A stretch of DNA of 63,965 nt, counting the filler, from Malassezia furfur (taxonomy: Eukaryota), in assembly GCA_052055015.1 (NCBI GenBank). It is 4 parts of 4 records of this genome, joined end to end, with 100 filler letters (N's around TTAATTAATTAA, not from the genome) between each part and the next. Parts side by side here need not be neighbours in the genome. Positions count along the whole stretch, not along the records: positions 16,780 to 33,419 come from JBQJIT010000244.1; 3 more parts are not named here. One strand, given 5' to 3'. Below the pieces are notes generated by a model. That model saw only the letters and a program-made list of their open reading frames with translations, was not told where the DNA came from and did not search any database. Numbering within the stretch: position 1 is the stretch's first letter; every line of letters begins with the position of its first letter. Made by a program: the position numbers and the translations under genes. Below, piece by piece: positions 22,136 through 32,794 of this stretch.

Positions 22136-23666
22136 GTCCGTATGCATCGCGAGCTGCTCGACGACATCGAGCACGAGGTCATCGTGTCCCCACTGCGTCG
22201 CGAACGAGATGCCCACGGGCAGCGCGACGCCGTCGTCATCCTGGATGGTCTGCGTGGCAGGTGCACTGAGCACCGGCACACCCGCGAGGTTCGCATACGT
22301 CGTGAGCGCGTCCTGCGCGCACTCAAATGCCGCATCGTCGGCGAGTTTAGGCGCGCCCCGTAGCGCCGTCGGATGCACGAGCACGTCGACGCCCTGGGCA
22401 TGCCCCGCGGTGCCTGTGCGCAAGTCCGTTTCGCGCCAGTGCTCGGCGAGCTGGTCCATGAGTGCACAGCGCAGCGAGACCGCCGCCATGTAGTAGCTAT
22501 CCCACGCCTCGGTCGTCACGGCGTAGGTGCCGAGCAGGATGCGGCGCTGCACCTCGGGCCCGAATCCGACCGAGCGCGCCTTGGCGATGGTCGCGTGGAA
22601 GGTCGCCTCGTCGGGGACGGCAATGCCTGGGTGAGAAGGGGGAAGACATACCGTATCGCATACCGTCGTAGCGGCTCAGGTTGCTACTGGCCTCAGCGAG
22701 TCCAAGTACATAGTAGGCGCCGATGGCGTGCTCCATCGCCGGCACACGCACCGGCACGATCTCGGCGCCGAGCGACTGCATCGCGTCAAGGACGTCGTCG
22801 GCAATCCCAACGACGCGGGGATGCACCTCCTCAGGGTACATTTCGGCCGGCACACCGACGCGCAGACCCGCGAGCGGCGCGTGCGCATCGCCAAACATGG
22901 CGCGCCGTGCACGGTAGGCTTCCGCGAGGCGCGCACGCAGCGGCGCATCGATGCACGTTTCGTCGCGCGGGTCTTCGGCGGCGACCGCATGCAGGGTCGT
23001 CCGCACGTCGCTGACGTTGTTGGCCAGGATGCCGACGGTGTCGAGCGAGTCGGCATACGACACGACGCCCCAGCGACTGATCATGCCGTACGACGGCTTG
23101 AAGCCGTACACACCGCAGAAGGCGCCCGGCAGACGCACCGAGCCGCCCGTGTCGGTGCCGATCGCGACGCGGCACAGACCGCCGGCCACCGACGCCGCAG
23201 CGCCGCCCGACGACCCGCCCGGCGCACGCGGCGCGACGCTGTCCAGATCCGGCGACGAAACATTGCCGTACACGGCCGGATTGGCCACTGGGCCATGCAC
23301 CGAGTGTGCATTCAGCGCGCTGCGTAAGCGGACGACGTACCCCATCGCGAACTCGTCGCAGTTCGTGCGCGCGGTGATATGTGCGCCCGCGGCGTTGAGT
23401 GCCTCGACGACGGTGGCATCAAACGGCGAGCGGTATTCTGTGTGAGGCGCGCACGTACCGAGCAGCATGCGGCTCGAGCAGGTGAGCGGCACGTCGGCCA
23501 TCGCGATGTTCTCCTTCACGCTGACATTCCATCCGGCCATCGGCCCCGCTTGCGCGGCGCGCGGCGTGAGCCGCTGCGTGATTGCATTGAACGGGTCGTG
23601 CTGCCCGCGCTGGAACGTCGACACGCTCCGCACGCCCCGCACGGCCCTCACGCTGCGAAGCGCCAT
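22106..23666 (-). CDS. HER2: Mitochondrial Glu-tRNA(Gln) amidotransferase subunit A (amidase signature)
   Basis: [53 protein letters not shown]. Introns 23438-23458, 23320-23340, 22627-22651. Confidence 0.93.
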
Positions 23667-23705
23667 GAACGAGGGGGTCGACCACGTGGCGTTGCTCCAC
23701 CCATC

Positions 23706-24503
23706 ATGTCGTCGGTGGCGATCGCTGCCCCGGCCGGTGCGGCTGCACCGCGCCACACGGTGTTTCTGGAGCTCTTTACGCCGTTTGCGCCTACGTGCGT
23801 TACGCTTAGTGGCGATGCCACGGGCCGCGACATCCTAGGCGGCATCACCGAGTCGCTGCGTCTGTCGCCGGCGGACGCAGCGCTCCTACGGCTCACGACG
23901 CGCGGCGGGCGCGAGGTGACGCCCACGACGCGCATTGACTCGCTGAGCGACGGCACGCACATCTCGCTCGAGGTGCGCATGCGCCACTGCGGCGGCAAGG
24001 GCGGGTTCGGCAATCAGCTGCGTGCCGCTGGCGCGCGGATGGCCAACAAGAACGGCAACGTCGACTCGTGCCGCGACCTGAACGGGCGCCGTCTGAGCAC
24101 CATCAAGGAGGCGCAGCGCCTCGCAGAGTACATGGCACAGGCGCCCGAGCGCCAAAAGGCGCTGGACGAGGCACAGGCGAAAAAGTACGCCAAGCTCGAA
24201 AAGATGCTGGGCCGCCAGCCGAAATCCGCCAAGGACTTTGAGGTGGCCGCCGAGAAGCTCGACGACGCGGGCGAGCACCTCGGTGCGGACGATGCCGCGG
24301 ATGCGCCGCCCGAGCCCGGCCCGTCGCGCGCACCGAAGCGCAAGGCGCGCATCGACGACCACGAGTACGTCGAGCAGAGCCGCGAGATTGTCGACAATGT
24401 GCGCAGTGCCGTCGCGCTCGCGATGAAGAAGAAGAAGAAGAAGGCCACGGGCAAGGCGCCGGCGCCGGCCGCACCGAGCACCGTCGAGGCCAAGAATGTA
24501 TAG
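23706..24503 (+). CDS. SDE2: Sde2 ubiquitin-fold-activated splicing factor
   Basis: Ubiquitin-like N-terminus ending in GG|KGGFGNQLRA, followed by SCRDLNGRRL. Confidence 0.92.
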   Translation: MSSVAIAAPAGAAAPRHTVFLELFTPFAPTCVTLSGDATGRDILGGITESLRLSPADAALLRLTTRGGREVTPTTRIDSLSDGTHISLEVRMRHCGGKGGFGNQLRAAGARMANKNGNVDSCRDLNGRRLSTIKEAQRLAEYMAQAPERQKALDEAQAKKYAKLEKMLGRQPKSAKDFEVAAEKLDDAGEHLGADDAADAPPEPGPSRAPKRKARIDDHEYVEQSREIVDNVRSAVALAMKKKKKKATGKAPAPAAPSTVEAKNV

Positions 24504-24514
24504 TATGGGTATAG

Positions 24515-25701
24515 CTAGACCTCCTCCTTGCGCACTGCGGGCCGTGGCGCGGGCCGTGCGGCCGCTGGCGGCGTGCGCACGAGATGCAGGCGCTGCTGGT
24601 GCATCGTGCGCGGCGTCTCGTCGTCCTCCGAGTCGGACGGGTCCAGCATAACGCGTGGCCCCGTCTCGGGGATCCGCGCCGAGCGGCGCACGGCCACGAG
24701 CGTCTGCTGCACGAGGCCCCCACTGCACCGCCGCCGCTTGTCGCTGTGCGGCGATGCGCCGAGCCACCCGCCCGACGCGCGCCGCGTCTTGCGCAGGTCG
24801 CCCGTGTCGCTCGGGTACATGGCGACGCCAAACTTGCGGCTTGCACGCTGGACGCGCCGTGCCTCGTCGAACGACATCGCCGCTTCGCCGCCCGCGTCGT
24901 CCTGGATGAGCATGCACACGAGCTCGGGCAGCAGCACCGCGTCGAGAAACTGCAGGGCATCGAGCGGTTCGATCTTGGCGAGCACCGGCGCGTGTGTCAG
25001 GTCGAGCGACGGCATTAGTGGGTCGTGCACGAACGCGGCGTGGAGAATGTCGGCAAACAACTCGCACCCCTGCTCGCCATAGCTGCGTGAGTGGCGCCGA
25101 CGTACTAGCCGCACTGCTGCTCGTCAAAGCGGTCGATTTGGTGCGCACTCGCACTCGCGCGTTTCCCCATGTGCTCGCGCGCGCGGCGCGCTTCCTGGAA
25201 AAACGGGCTGCGCTCGGGGTCCAGTAGGCGGTCCTGCAGCACGCGCATGTACCGGTGCTTGGGGTCTGTGATGCGCCGGCGCAGCGCACGAAAGTCGAGC
25301 TCGAGCGGCCATCCGTTGCGCCGGCCATGCGGGATGATGTCGTGCTCGTCGCGGTGCCGCTGGCATACGGCGAGGGTGTCGGTGGGCCGGAGCACCTTGC
25401 CTGCGCGAGATTTCTGTACCCACTGCTGCACGAGCGCATGCAGCGCAGGCGACATAGGATTCGGCATCGGTTCGTGGCAGAATGGGCACGCTTCTGCGAC
25501 GGTGTGCGGCGCCGGCGCTGCTTCGGTGGGCGCAGCCGGTGCCGGGGCGGCCGGCGGCAGCGGCGCCGACCCAAACTCGGCGCGGAGTTCGGCGAGCGCC
25601 GCCTCAGAGAGGCCGTCGGAGCGCTTCTTGGGGATCACGAGCCGCTGGGCGCTGCGTGCCGGCGGCGCGGGCGCGTCTGCTCCAACTCCGCGCGACTCCA
25701 T
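24515..25701 (-). CDS. RTC4-like domain protein
   Basis: CPFC..CQRH..GWPLELDF..GYYGEQG (after intron 25083-25105)..LLPELVCMLIQDD..ASRKFG. Confidence 0.75.
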
Positions 25702-25739
25702 TCGCCGGCATCGACGTACAGAAACGCACCTCCACCACC

Positions 25740-26561
25740 ATGTCGATCTTGTCCCTGGGTGCTCGCCGACTGGCTCCTGCGCTTGCGCGCCGTGCGTGGG
25801 CCGCGTCGCCGCGCATGGCCGTCGCCGTGCCGCAGACAATGCTGCGTACACCCACGCGTGTTGCCGTGCAAAGTACGTGAGAGGCTTACGCAGCGTACGC
25901 GACTGAAAAGGACAACTCGGTGTCGTTCAACGACCCGACCGAGCAGGAGGCGCAGCGCTTCCTTGAGCTCGGCACGATTGCGCTCGAGGTCGGTGACCTT
26001 GAGAAGGCAATGGTACGTCGCTCGTTGCTGACTCAGGAACACTACCGCAAGAGTCTCGAGGTGCGCGAAAATGCCTCGGCGTACTACAACCTGGGCGTGT
26101 GCCAGTACCAGGACCAGGACCTGGAGAGCGCCATCACCTCGTGGAACGAGGCGCTGCGCCTCGCACCCGACAGCCCGGATGCGCACACGAACCTGGCGTC
26201 GGCGTACATCATGTCGAAGCCGAGCCGCCCCGACCTGGCGCTGGAGCACCTCCGGTATGTAACGCTATACTAATGCAGTACCGCCGCATCGCAGAGCCCC
26301 GACGATGCCGAGATCCACTTTAACCTCGGTGCCGTGCTTGAAGCGTGTATGTCGTGTGCGCTGACTGACCCAGGCGAGGAACTCGAGGAGGCCATTGAGG
26401 CGTACAAAAAGGCGGTGCAGGGCGGTATCGAGGTAGGTACACCCAGCTCACCCCAGCGTGCCGAGCAGAATGTGCGTAACTGCATGGCCAAGATCATGTC
26501 GGCGCGTCTCGATGTCGAGAACCAGCAAAAGGCAGGCGGCGCCGCCAACGACAAGTCGTGA
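25740..26561 (+). CDS. TPR-repeat protein with a predicted mitochondrial presequence
   Basis: AYYNLGVCQYQ, AHTNLAS, IHFNLGAVLE. Five introns: 25873-25893, 26013-26036, 26255-26278, 26347-26373, 26433-26456. Confidence 0.85.
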
Positions 26562-26627
26562 GAAAAACCCTGCACGATATACTACACCGCAACGTGATAC
26601 CGTAGCTTCCACAGACCTGCCGGGAGT

Positions 26628-26868
26628 CTACATATCGAGCGTGTACGTATTCTTTTCGAACTGGGTTAGGCAGTGCACGTACCTCCGCCTCGAGCAGCCC
26701 CTGCAGCGTTTCGACCATGCTCGTGTTGACGAGCACGTGCGTCTCGTCCAGATCCATCACGATGCACGGCGTGTGCTCGTCAATGGCGAGGATCATCTGC
26801 TTCACCGCGACATCACTGTGTGAGCGTGGCACGTACCAGCTGAACAACGTGCCGGCATAAGCTCGCAT
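26628..26868 (-). CDS. TFB5: TFIIH subunit p8/Tfb5
   Basis: MRAYAGTLFSCDVAVKQMIL..DLDETHVLV..EAEFEKNTY. Introns 26816-26836 and 26661-26682. Confidence 0.9.
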
Positions 26869-26925
26869 GGACGAGGGTCGGTAAGCTGAGTCAGCAACGT
26901 ACCCCGCAACTGGCTTCTCACCAGG

Positions 26926-27830
26926 ATGGCCGCCGGCGAGGACGTGTGGGATTTGGGCGAGCTGTTGGCGCCTGTTGCCAAAGACAGCGCAGAGGCACGG
27001 TATGCGCTGATTCTGCTCAACACCCCCATTCCACATGACTACTGGCGAGCGTTCATTCGGCTCTGGCGGCGCGCCGATCTGCGCATCTGTGCGGACGGTG
27101 CCGCGAACCGTCTTCTCGACTCGGTGGGCAGCGGCGCTTGGTCCGAGATGCCGCTCCCGTCGATCATCTGTGGCGATCTTGATTCGGTCCGCGAGGACGT
27201 GCGTGACTTTTTTGAGGAAAAGGTGCGTGGAACTACTGATCCAGGGCGTCGAAGTCCTCCATCGGCCCTCTCAGTACGCGACTGATCTGCAGAAGTGTGT
27301 GCATGCCCTCGAGGACATCGAGCAAGCTGGCTCGCCCGAGTACGAGCTGGTTATTTTCGGCGGGCTGGGTGGCCGTCTGGACCAGACGATGCACACGCTC
27401 CATGTACTATGGCAGTTGGCGCCCAACGTGCCTGTGGGCGAAATTATTCCTGAGCCCGAGGAGCCCGGGAAGGCGCCGCCGCGGGGCTCGCATCTACGGA
27501 AACGCGCCCGGACGCTGGTCGTTTCGGAGAACTGTGTGACGTGCTTGCTGTCGGCGGGCGAGCACGACCTCCGCCATAATCGCAAGATCCTTGGGAAAAG
27601 CTGCGGTGTGCTGCCGCTTGGCAGCGGCCCACCTGGCGCACGTGTCCATACCCAGGGACTCGAGTGGAATTTGGGTACGTGCACGGCTGACCACAGAGGA
27701 CGACCATTCGTTTTTGGGTGGGTTCTTTTCGTCGAACAACCATCTTGCACCGGACAATACGGAAGGCATGGTTCACATTGGCGCCGATGCGCCCGTGTAC
27801 TGGACCGTAGAGCTGAAGCGGGATCCGTAA
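26926..27830 (+). CDS. THI80: Thiamine pyrophosphokinase
   Basis: ICADGAANRL, GDLDSV, QYATDLQK, GGLGGRLDQT, TQGLEWNL, SSNNH. Introns 27223-27244 and 27675-27696. Confidence 0.94.
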
Positions 27831-27839
27831 TTTATCGCC

Positions 27840-28323
27840 CTAGGAATTGGCATTGCGCAGCGTCCCACTATGGACGGGTTCTCCAATACTACCGAGCAGT
27901 GTAAAGCCGTCAATGTCGAGCACGCCCGTGGGCGGAGCGCCGGCGGTCCACGGCGTGCCGGCGCACGCGACCTGCACCTGTGCACGGGTCACGCGACACC
28001 GGTCGGTGGTGATGATGGCGCCGCGCGTCTGGGTGAAGCGGAGGAACGGCGTGTCTGCCTGGAATGCGTCGACGGCCGCGCCTGTGAAGCGCGCGGGAAG
28101 GTAGTGCGTCGCGTCGCACACCTGCGCCCACACGTCGGTGCTGCTGTGCGGGGCGTTTTCCGGACGGAACGTGAGGAACTGGGTCAGCGTGTACGCCTAC
28201 CTGCATGATTTGGACACGGCTTCCCGGCTGGTAGGCCGCGTCGTCTGGTGCGCACGCCGCGCTGTGCGCGTCGAGCGTGTCACGGAGCCGCTGCTGCAGC
28301 CACGGCCGCAAGCTGCGGCTCAT
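27840..28323 (-). CDS. Stand-alone TPP1/Est3-type OB-fold telomere protein (about 153 aa)
   Basis: SLRPWL..RVQIMQFL..WAQVCDATHYLPARFT..AV..F..RFTQTRGAII matches the TPP1/Est3 OB pattern. Intron 28179-28200. Confidence 0.7.
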
Positions 28324-28460
28324 AACGTCTGTGCGAGTGTGGAGGGTGTAGCGAATCAGAACGTGCGCAATAGTCGGCGACGCCAATGAGCGAGGCGGGA
28401 GCCTGCGCATGAAAGATAGGGGACGTGCCCGAATTCCCAGTAATATCTCCTGCACCCACC

Positions 28461-29894
28461 ATGATCGAGAACCAGGCGAAGTTTATTCAGTACATTGAGG
28501 AGCACAAGGACGACCTTGTGAAGACGCTGGCGGAGGCCGTTGCGATCCCCAGTGTGTCGGGTGATGCGTCGTACCGTCCGCAGGTGGTGAAGATGGGCGA
28601 GTGGCTCGAGAAGCAGTTCCAGGAGGCCGGCGCGAAGACGTCGATGCACTCGCTCGGCAAGCAGAACCTGGACGGCCAGGAGATCGACCTGCCGCCCGTG
28701 GTGTACGCGCAGATCGGCGAGGACAGCAAGAAGAAGACGGTGCTGGTGTACGGCCACTACGACGTGCAGCCTGCGCTCAAGTCGGACGGCTGGGACACGG
28801 AGCCGTTCGAGCTCGCCGAGGACAAGGCGAGCGGCCGCCTGTACGGCCGTGGCTCGACGGACGACAAGGGCCCCATCCTGGGCTGGCTGTACGTGCTGCT
28901 GGCGCACAAGGCGCTCGGCCTCGAGCTCCCCGTGAACCTCAAGTTCTGCTTCGAGGGTATGGAGGAGAGCGGCTCGGTGGGCCTTGAGCAGTTTGTCGCG
29001 AAGGAGGCCAACGGCCTGTTCCAGGGTGTGGACGCCGTGTGTATCTCGGACAACTACTGGCTCGGCACCGAGAAGCCGTGTGTGACGCACGGCCTGCGTG
29101 GCATTGCCTACTTCAAGCTCGAGATCAAGGGCCCGGCGCGCGACCTGCACAGCGGTGTGTTTGGTGGTATGGTGCACGAGCCGATGACCGACCTGATCAA
29201 GATCATGTCGTCGCTCGTGACGCCCTCCGGCCAGATCCTCGTGCCCGGCATCAACGAGCAGGTTGCGCCGCTCACCGACGAGGAGCGCAAGCGCTACGAC
29301 GTGATGGACTTCTCCATCTCGGACGTGGACAACGCGACGGGCTCGTCGACCACCGTGTCGGACCACAAGCCCGACGTGCTGATGGCGCGCATGCGCTACC
29401 CCTCGCTGTCGCTGCACGGCATTGAGGGCGCGTTCGCGGAGCCCGGCTCGAAGACGGTCATCCCCGCGCGCGTGGTGGGCAAGTTCAGCATCCGTCTCGT
29501 GCCCGACATGCAGCCGCAGAAGGTCGTGGACGACGTGAAGCGGTTTGTCGAGGCCGAGTTCAAGAAGCTCCAGTCGAAGAACACGATGAGCTTCTCGGCG
29601 GACCCGCCCGGCAAGCCGTGGCTCGCGGACCCGAACCACTGGAACTACGAGGCGGCGTTCAAGGCCACGCAGGAGATTTACGGCGTGAAGCCCGACCTGA
29701 CGCGCGAGGGCGGCTCGATTCCGATCACGCTCACGTTCGCCGACAAGCTCGACAAGAACGTGCTGCTGCTGCCCATGGGCCGCTCGGACGATGGCGCGCA
29801 CTCCACGAACGAGAAGCTCGACCTGTCGAACTACGTCAAGGGCACCGAGCTGCTCGGCAGCTACCTGTACGAGGTGTCGGCCATCGCTCAGTAA
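28461..29894 (+). CDS. DUG1: Cys-Gly metallodipeptidase (M20A)
   Basis: YGHYDVQP, GRGSTDDKGP, EGMEESGS, DLHSG, TREGGSIP, DDGAHSTNEK. Confidence 0.95.
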   Translation: MIENQAKFIQYIEEHKDDLVKTLAEAVAIPSVSGDASYRPQVVKMGEWLEKQFQEAGAKTSMHSLGKQNLDGQEIDLPPVVYAQIGEDSKKKTVLVYGHYDVQPALKSDGWDTEPFELAEDKASGRLYGRGSTDDKGPILGWLYVLLAHKALGLELPVNLKFCFEGMEESGSVGLEQFVAKEANGLFQGVDAVCISDNYWLGTEKPCVTHGLRGIAYFKLEIKGPARDLHSGVFGGMVHEPMTDLIKIMSSLVTPSGQILVPGINEQVAPLTDEERKRYDVMDFSISDVDNATGSSTTVSDHKPDVLMARMRYPSLSLHGIEGAFAEPGSKTVIPARVVGKFSIRLVPDMQPQKVVDDVKRFVEAEFKKLQSKNTMSFSADPPGKPWLADPNHWNYEAAFKATQEIYGVKPDLTREGGSIPITLTFADKLDKNVLLLPMGRSDDGAHSTNEKLDLSNYVKGTELLGSYLYEVSAIAQ

Positions 29895-30016
29895 GCGCCG
29901 CACCCCCTGTGTCGTGTCGCGATGCAATCGGCCCGCGCGACATCGTAGTTAAGTAGCGCACCAACGCTGCCCCGCCGTGGCCGCCGCCCGCCTGCTCGCC
30001 GCCCTGCCTGTGCGCT

Positions 30017-31249
30017 ATGCCGAGCTACCCACGACTCCACCGCACCGCCTCGAGCGCGTCGCTGCGCCAGTGCCCGCCCAGCCCCGCCCTGTACCGCACT
30101 GCGCCGCATTCCGCCGGGAGCCACCGCCGCGCCGCATCGGCCCCAAGCGACGCGGAGCAGGCCGACGTGCCGCCGAGCGCCGCGACCATCATCCTGCGCC
30201 CGCACACGGGCAGCGACAAGGGCCACGCGAGTGCCAACGTCTTTTCGTTCGTGCCAGACGACACGGGCACCGACGCACCCACTGAGACGCTGCCCGCCGT
30301 GATCCTCGGGCCCCACGGCACCATCTCGGGCTACATCCAGATGCCCGTCACCGCCGCGCCCGGGCGTCGGCACCTGACCGCGAAGCCGCGTGGGCCTATT
30401 CGGCGCAAGGCGGTCGCGCCGCCGCCCGAGCTGTACACGCGCCCGCTCCCGTCGCCGCCATGTGGGCCGCCCGCGCCGCCCGTGCTGTGTGCGCCGCCGT
30501 GCAAGAGCGCAACGAACCGGGCGGGCCTCGCACGCATCGCGAGTGTGCGGCTCGTCGACGAGGCACCCGCGGCCGGCGCGCCGCTGCCCGCGCTCGCGTC
30601 TCCGCGCGTGCACGTCGACCAGCTCGAGCAGTGGCAGGAGGCGTTTGCAGTGAGCCCGCCGCCGCCGCTGAGCGCCGCGCCGAGCGCCGCGCCGCGGAAC
30701 ACGCTGGAGGAGTGGCAGAGCGCGTTTAGTGCGTATGTGCCCGAGGTCGAGCGCCCCGCGCGCCCCGTAAGCACCTCGCCGCCGCGGCAGGCGAGTGCAC
30801 ATGGTCTAGCAACGCCGCCCGTGTCGCCGGGCGCGCGGCGGAAGCCGTCGCGTATGGGTCTGTGGAAAGAGATGCTGCGCCCCGCGTCGCGGCGGCACCG
30901 CTCCGATACGTACACGCCGCAGCACGACGTCGACGTGTTTGCGCGTGCGCCACTCAAGGGCGCCGCGCACCTGCGCATCGGCAACCCTGTGCTCGTCGCG
31001 ACCGGGAGGCGCGACGTGCCCGATGTGCCGGTGGACGAAGACGCGCCGTGCGATGTGTGTTCGGCACCGACGCACCGCTTGCGGCAGTGCTTTACGACGC
31101 GCATCACGCTGCAGCACACGGAGCGCACGGTGGTCGAGCAGGTATCCGCGTGCGACGCACCGTCCGTGCGTGCGTGCGCGGCGGATGCGCCGGCGACAGG
31201 TGCGCACGGGGCGCCGGCGCACGAGGTGGAGGAACGTAGTCTCTTGTAG
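30017..31249 (+). CDS. Hypothetical Pro/Ala-rich protein
   Basis: 410-codon ATG ORF that fills the space between DUG1 and the next gene. Repeated LEQWQEAF/LEEWQSAF motif. No family recognised. Confidence 0.5.
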   Translation: MPSYPRLHRTASSASLRQCPPSPALYRTAPHSAGSHRRAASAPSDAEQADVPPSAATIILRPHTGSDKGHASANVFSFVPDDTGTDAPTETLPAVILGPHGTISGYIQMPVTAAPGRRHLTAKPRGPIRRKAVAPPPELYTRPLPSPPCGPPAPPVLCAPPCKSATNRAGLARIASVRLVDEAPAAGAPLPALASPRVHVDQLEQWQEAFAVSPPPPLSAAPSAAPRNTLEEWQSAFSAYVPEVERPARPVSTSPPRQASAHGLATPPVSPGARRKPSRMGLWKEMLRPASRRHRSDTYTPQHDVDVFARAPLKGAAHLRIGNPVLVATGRRDVPDVPVDEDAPCDVCSAPTHRLRQCFTTRITLQHTERTVVEQVSACDAPSVRACAADAPATGAHGAPAHEVEERSLL

Positions 31250-31251
31250 CC

Positions 31252-32782
31252 ATGGGGTTCGTGGACGTCGAGGCGCTCGTGGCCTACGACCTGACGCATG
31301 TGCAGTGTAGGTGAGCCGCTGACGCAGACCATGCGCATGATCCGTGGGGCCCGTGGTGGGCGTTTGTCACGCTGTCGCCCGTGCTGGTGCTGACGGTGTA
31401 CGTCGCCGTCTTCCTGCACCGCCGCGAGCTGACCTATCTCAACGTGCTCATCGGCCAGGTGCTGTGCGAGATCATCAACGGCAAGCTCAAGCGCCGCATC
31501 CAGCAGCACCGCCCGACGAACGTGCTCGGGTCGGGGTACGGCATGCCGTCGTCGCACTCGCAGTTCTGCGGCTTCTTCGCGGCGTTCTGGGTGCTGCACC
31601 TCCTCGCGCACGCGCCTCAGCGCCGCGGCACGTACGCGCGCAGCTACGTCGCGCGCGTCGTGGATCGCGGCGTGGCGCTCGTGCTCATCGTCGGCCTCGC
31701 GGCCCTCACGTGCTACTCTCGGTAGGTCGCACGACTCACCCAGGCACTACCTCGTGTACCACACCCCCGCGCAGATCTGTGTGGGCGCCTCGCTCGGCGT
31801 CGTGCTCGGCAGTGCGTACTACCTGGCGACCGAGGCCATTCCCCGTAGCGCGCCGGCGCACTCGGCGCTCGGCCGCGCGCGCCGTGCCTTCTACACGAGC
31901 CGCGTGAGCCGTGCGCTGCGTCTGCGCGACGCATGGACCGTGTGGGCGGACGGCAGCGAGGACCACACGTACACGCGGTGGCGCGCCGAGCTGACCGCGG
32001 ACCCCCGTGCGGGTGAGGTCGCGCTGCGCAGCGATGCGCCCGCGCACGTCCGCATGATGCTGCAGGCGCTGCAGGAGGCCGACCAGTGCGACGCGGTGCC
32101 GACCGCGTTCTCGGTCGGGTGCGTGATCGCGGCCGCGGGCGCGTCGCTCGCGGAGCCCGGCACGCCGCTCAACGCGGTGCCGGTGCTCGAGCCGTACGCG
32201 CTGTTCACCGGCTTCTCGCGCGAGCTGCCCGGCAACACGCACGCGGAGGAGTGTGCGCTCGAGAAGCTCGTGCGCTACTGCGCGCGCACGCCCGAGGTGC
32301 GCAGTGCACAGGCCGCCGCGGACGCCGCGCAGAATGCGCCGCTCCAGCTGCTTATGTACACGACGATGGAGCCGTGCTCGCAGCGCCTGAGCGGCAACAT
32401 GGCGTGTGTGGAGCGCATTTTGCGCTTCAACACGCGCCCGCCCGTGACGACCGCCGCGTGGCTGCTGCGTGCGAACGCGCCGCTCGCCGTGCACGGTGCG
32501 GCGCCGGTGCACCCCGATACGACGCTGCGCCCGTTGCAGATTGCGCTCGTGATCCAGGGCGTGCGTGAGCCGGACGACTTTGTGCTGTGTGAGGGCCAGA
32601 ACCGGCTGCGCGGCGCCGGCATCGACGTCGTCACTGCGACGCCCGCCGCGTCGCCCGGCGTGCTCGGCGTCACGCTACCGAGCCTGTCCTCGATCACCAT
32701 TCCGGTGCGTGCGTCGAACGCGACCGACTGGCTCGAAGACGCGTGCCTGCGTATGGCCAAGAAAGGGCATGCTACAAAGTAG
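31252..32782 (+). CDS. CAX4: Fusion of a dolichyl-pyrophosphate phosphatase (PAP2, Cwh8/Cax4) and a Rib2-type DRAP/cytidine-family deaminase
   Basis: PAP2 motifs KRRIQQHRP, YGMPSSHSQF, SRHYLVYHT. These are in frame with TGFSRELPGNTHAEECAL, YTTMEPCSQRLSGNMAC and GVREPDDFV. Introns 31307-31327 and 31722-31743. Confidence 0.88.
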
Positions 32783-32794
32783 TGTACAGGGTAT

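Noticed and set aside
13862..24503. Cluster of splicing genes (U6, Gemin2, Sde2)
   Set aside because: Interspersed with unrelated genes and split by an assembly gap. Chance is sufficient in a dense genome.
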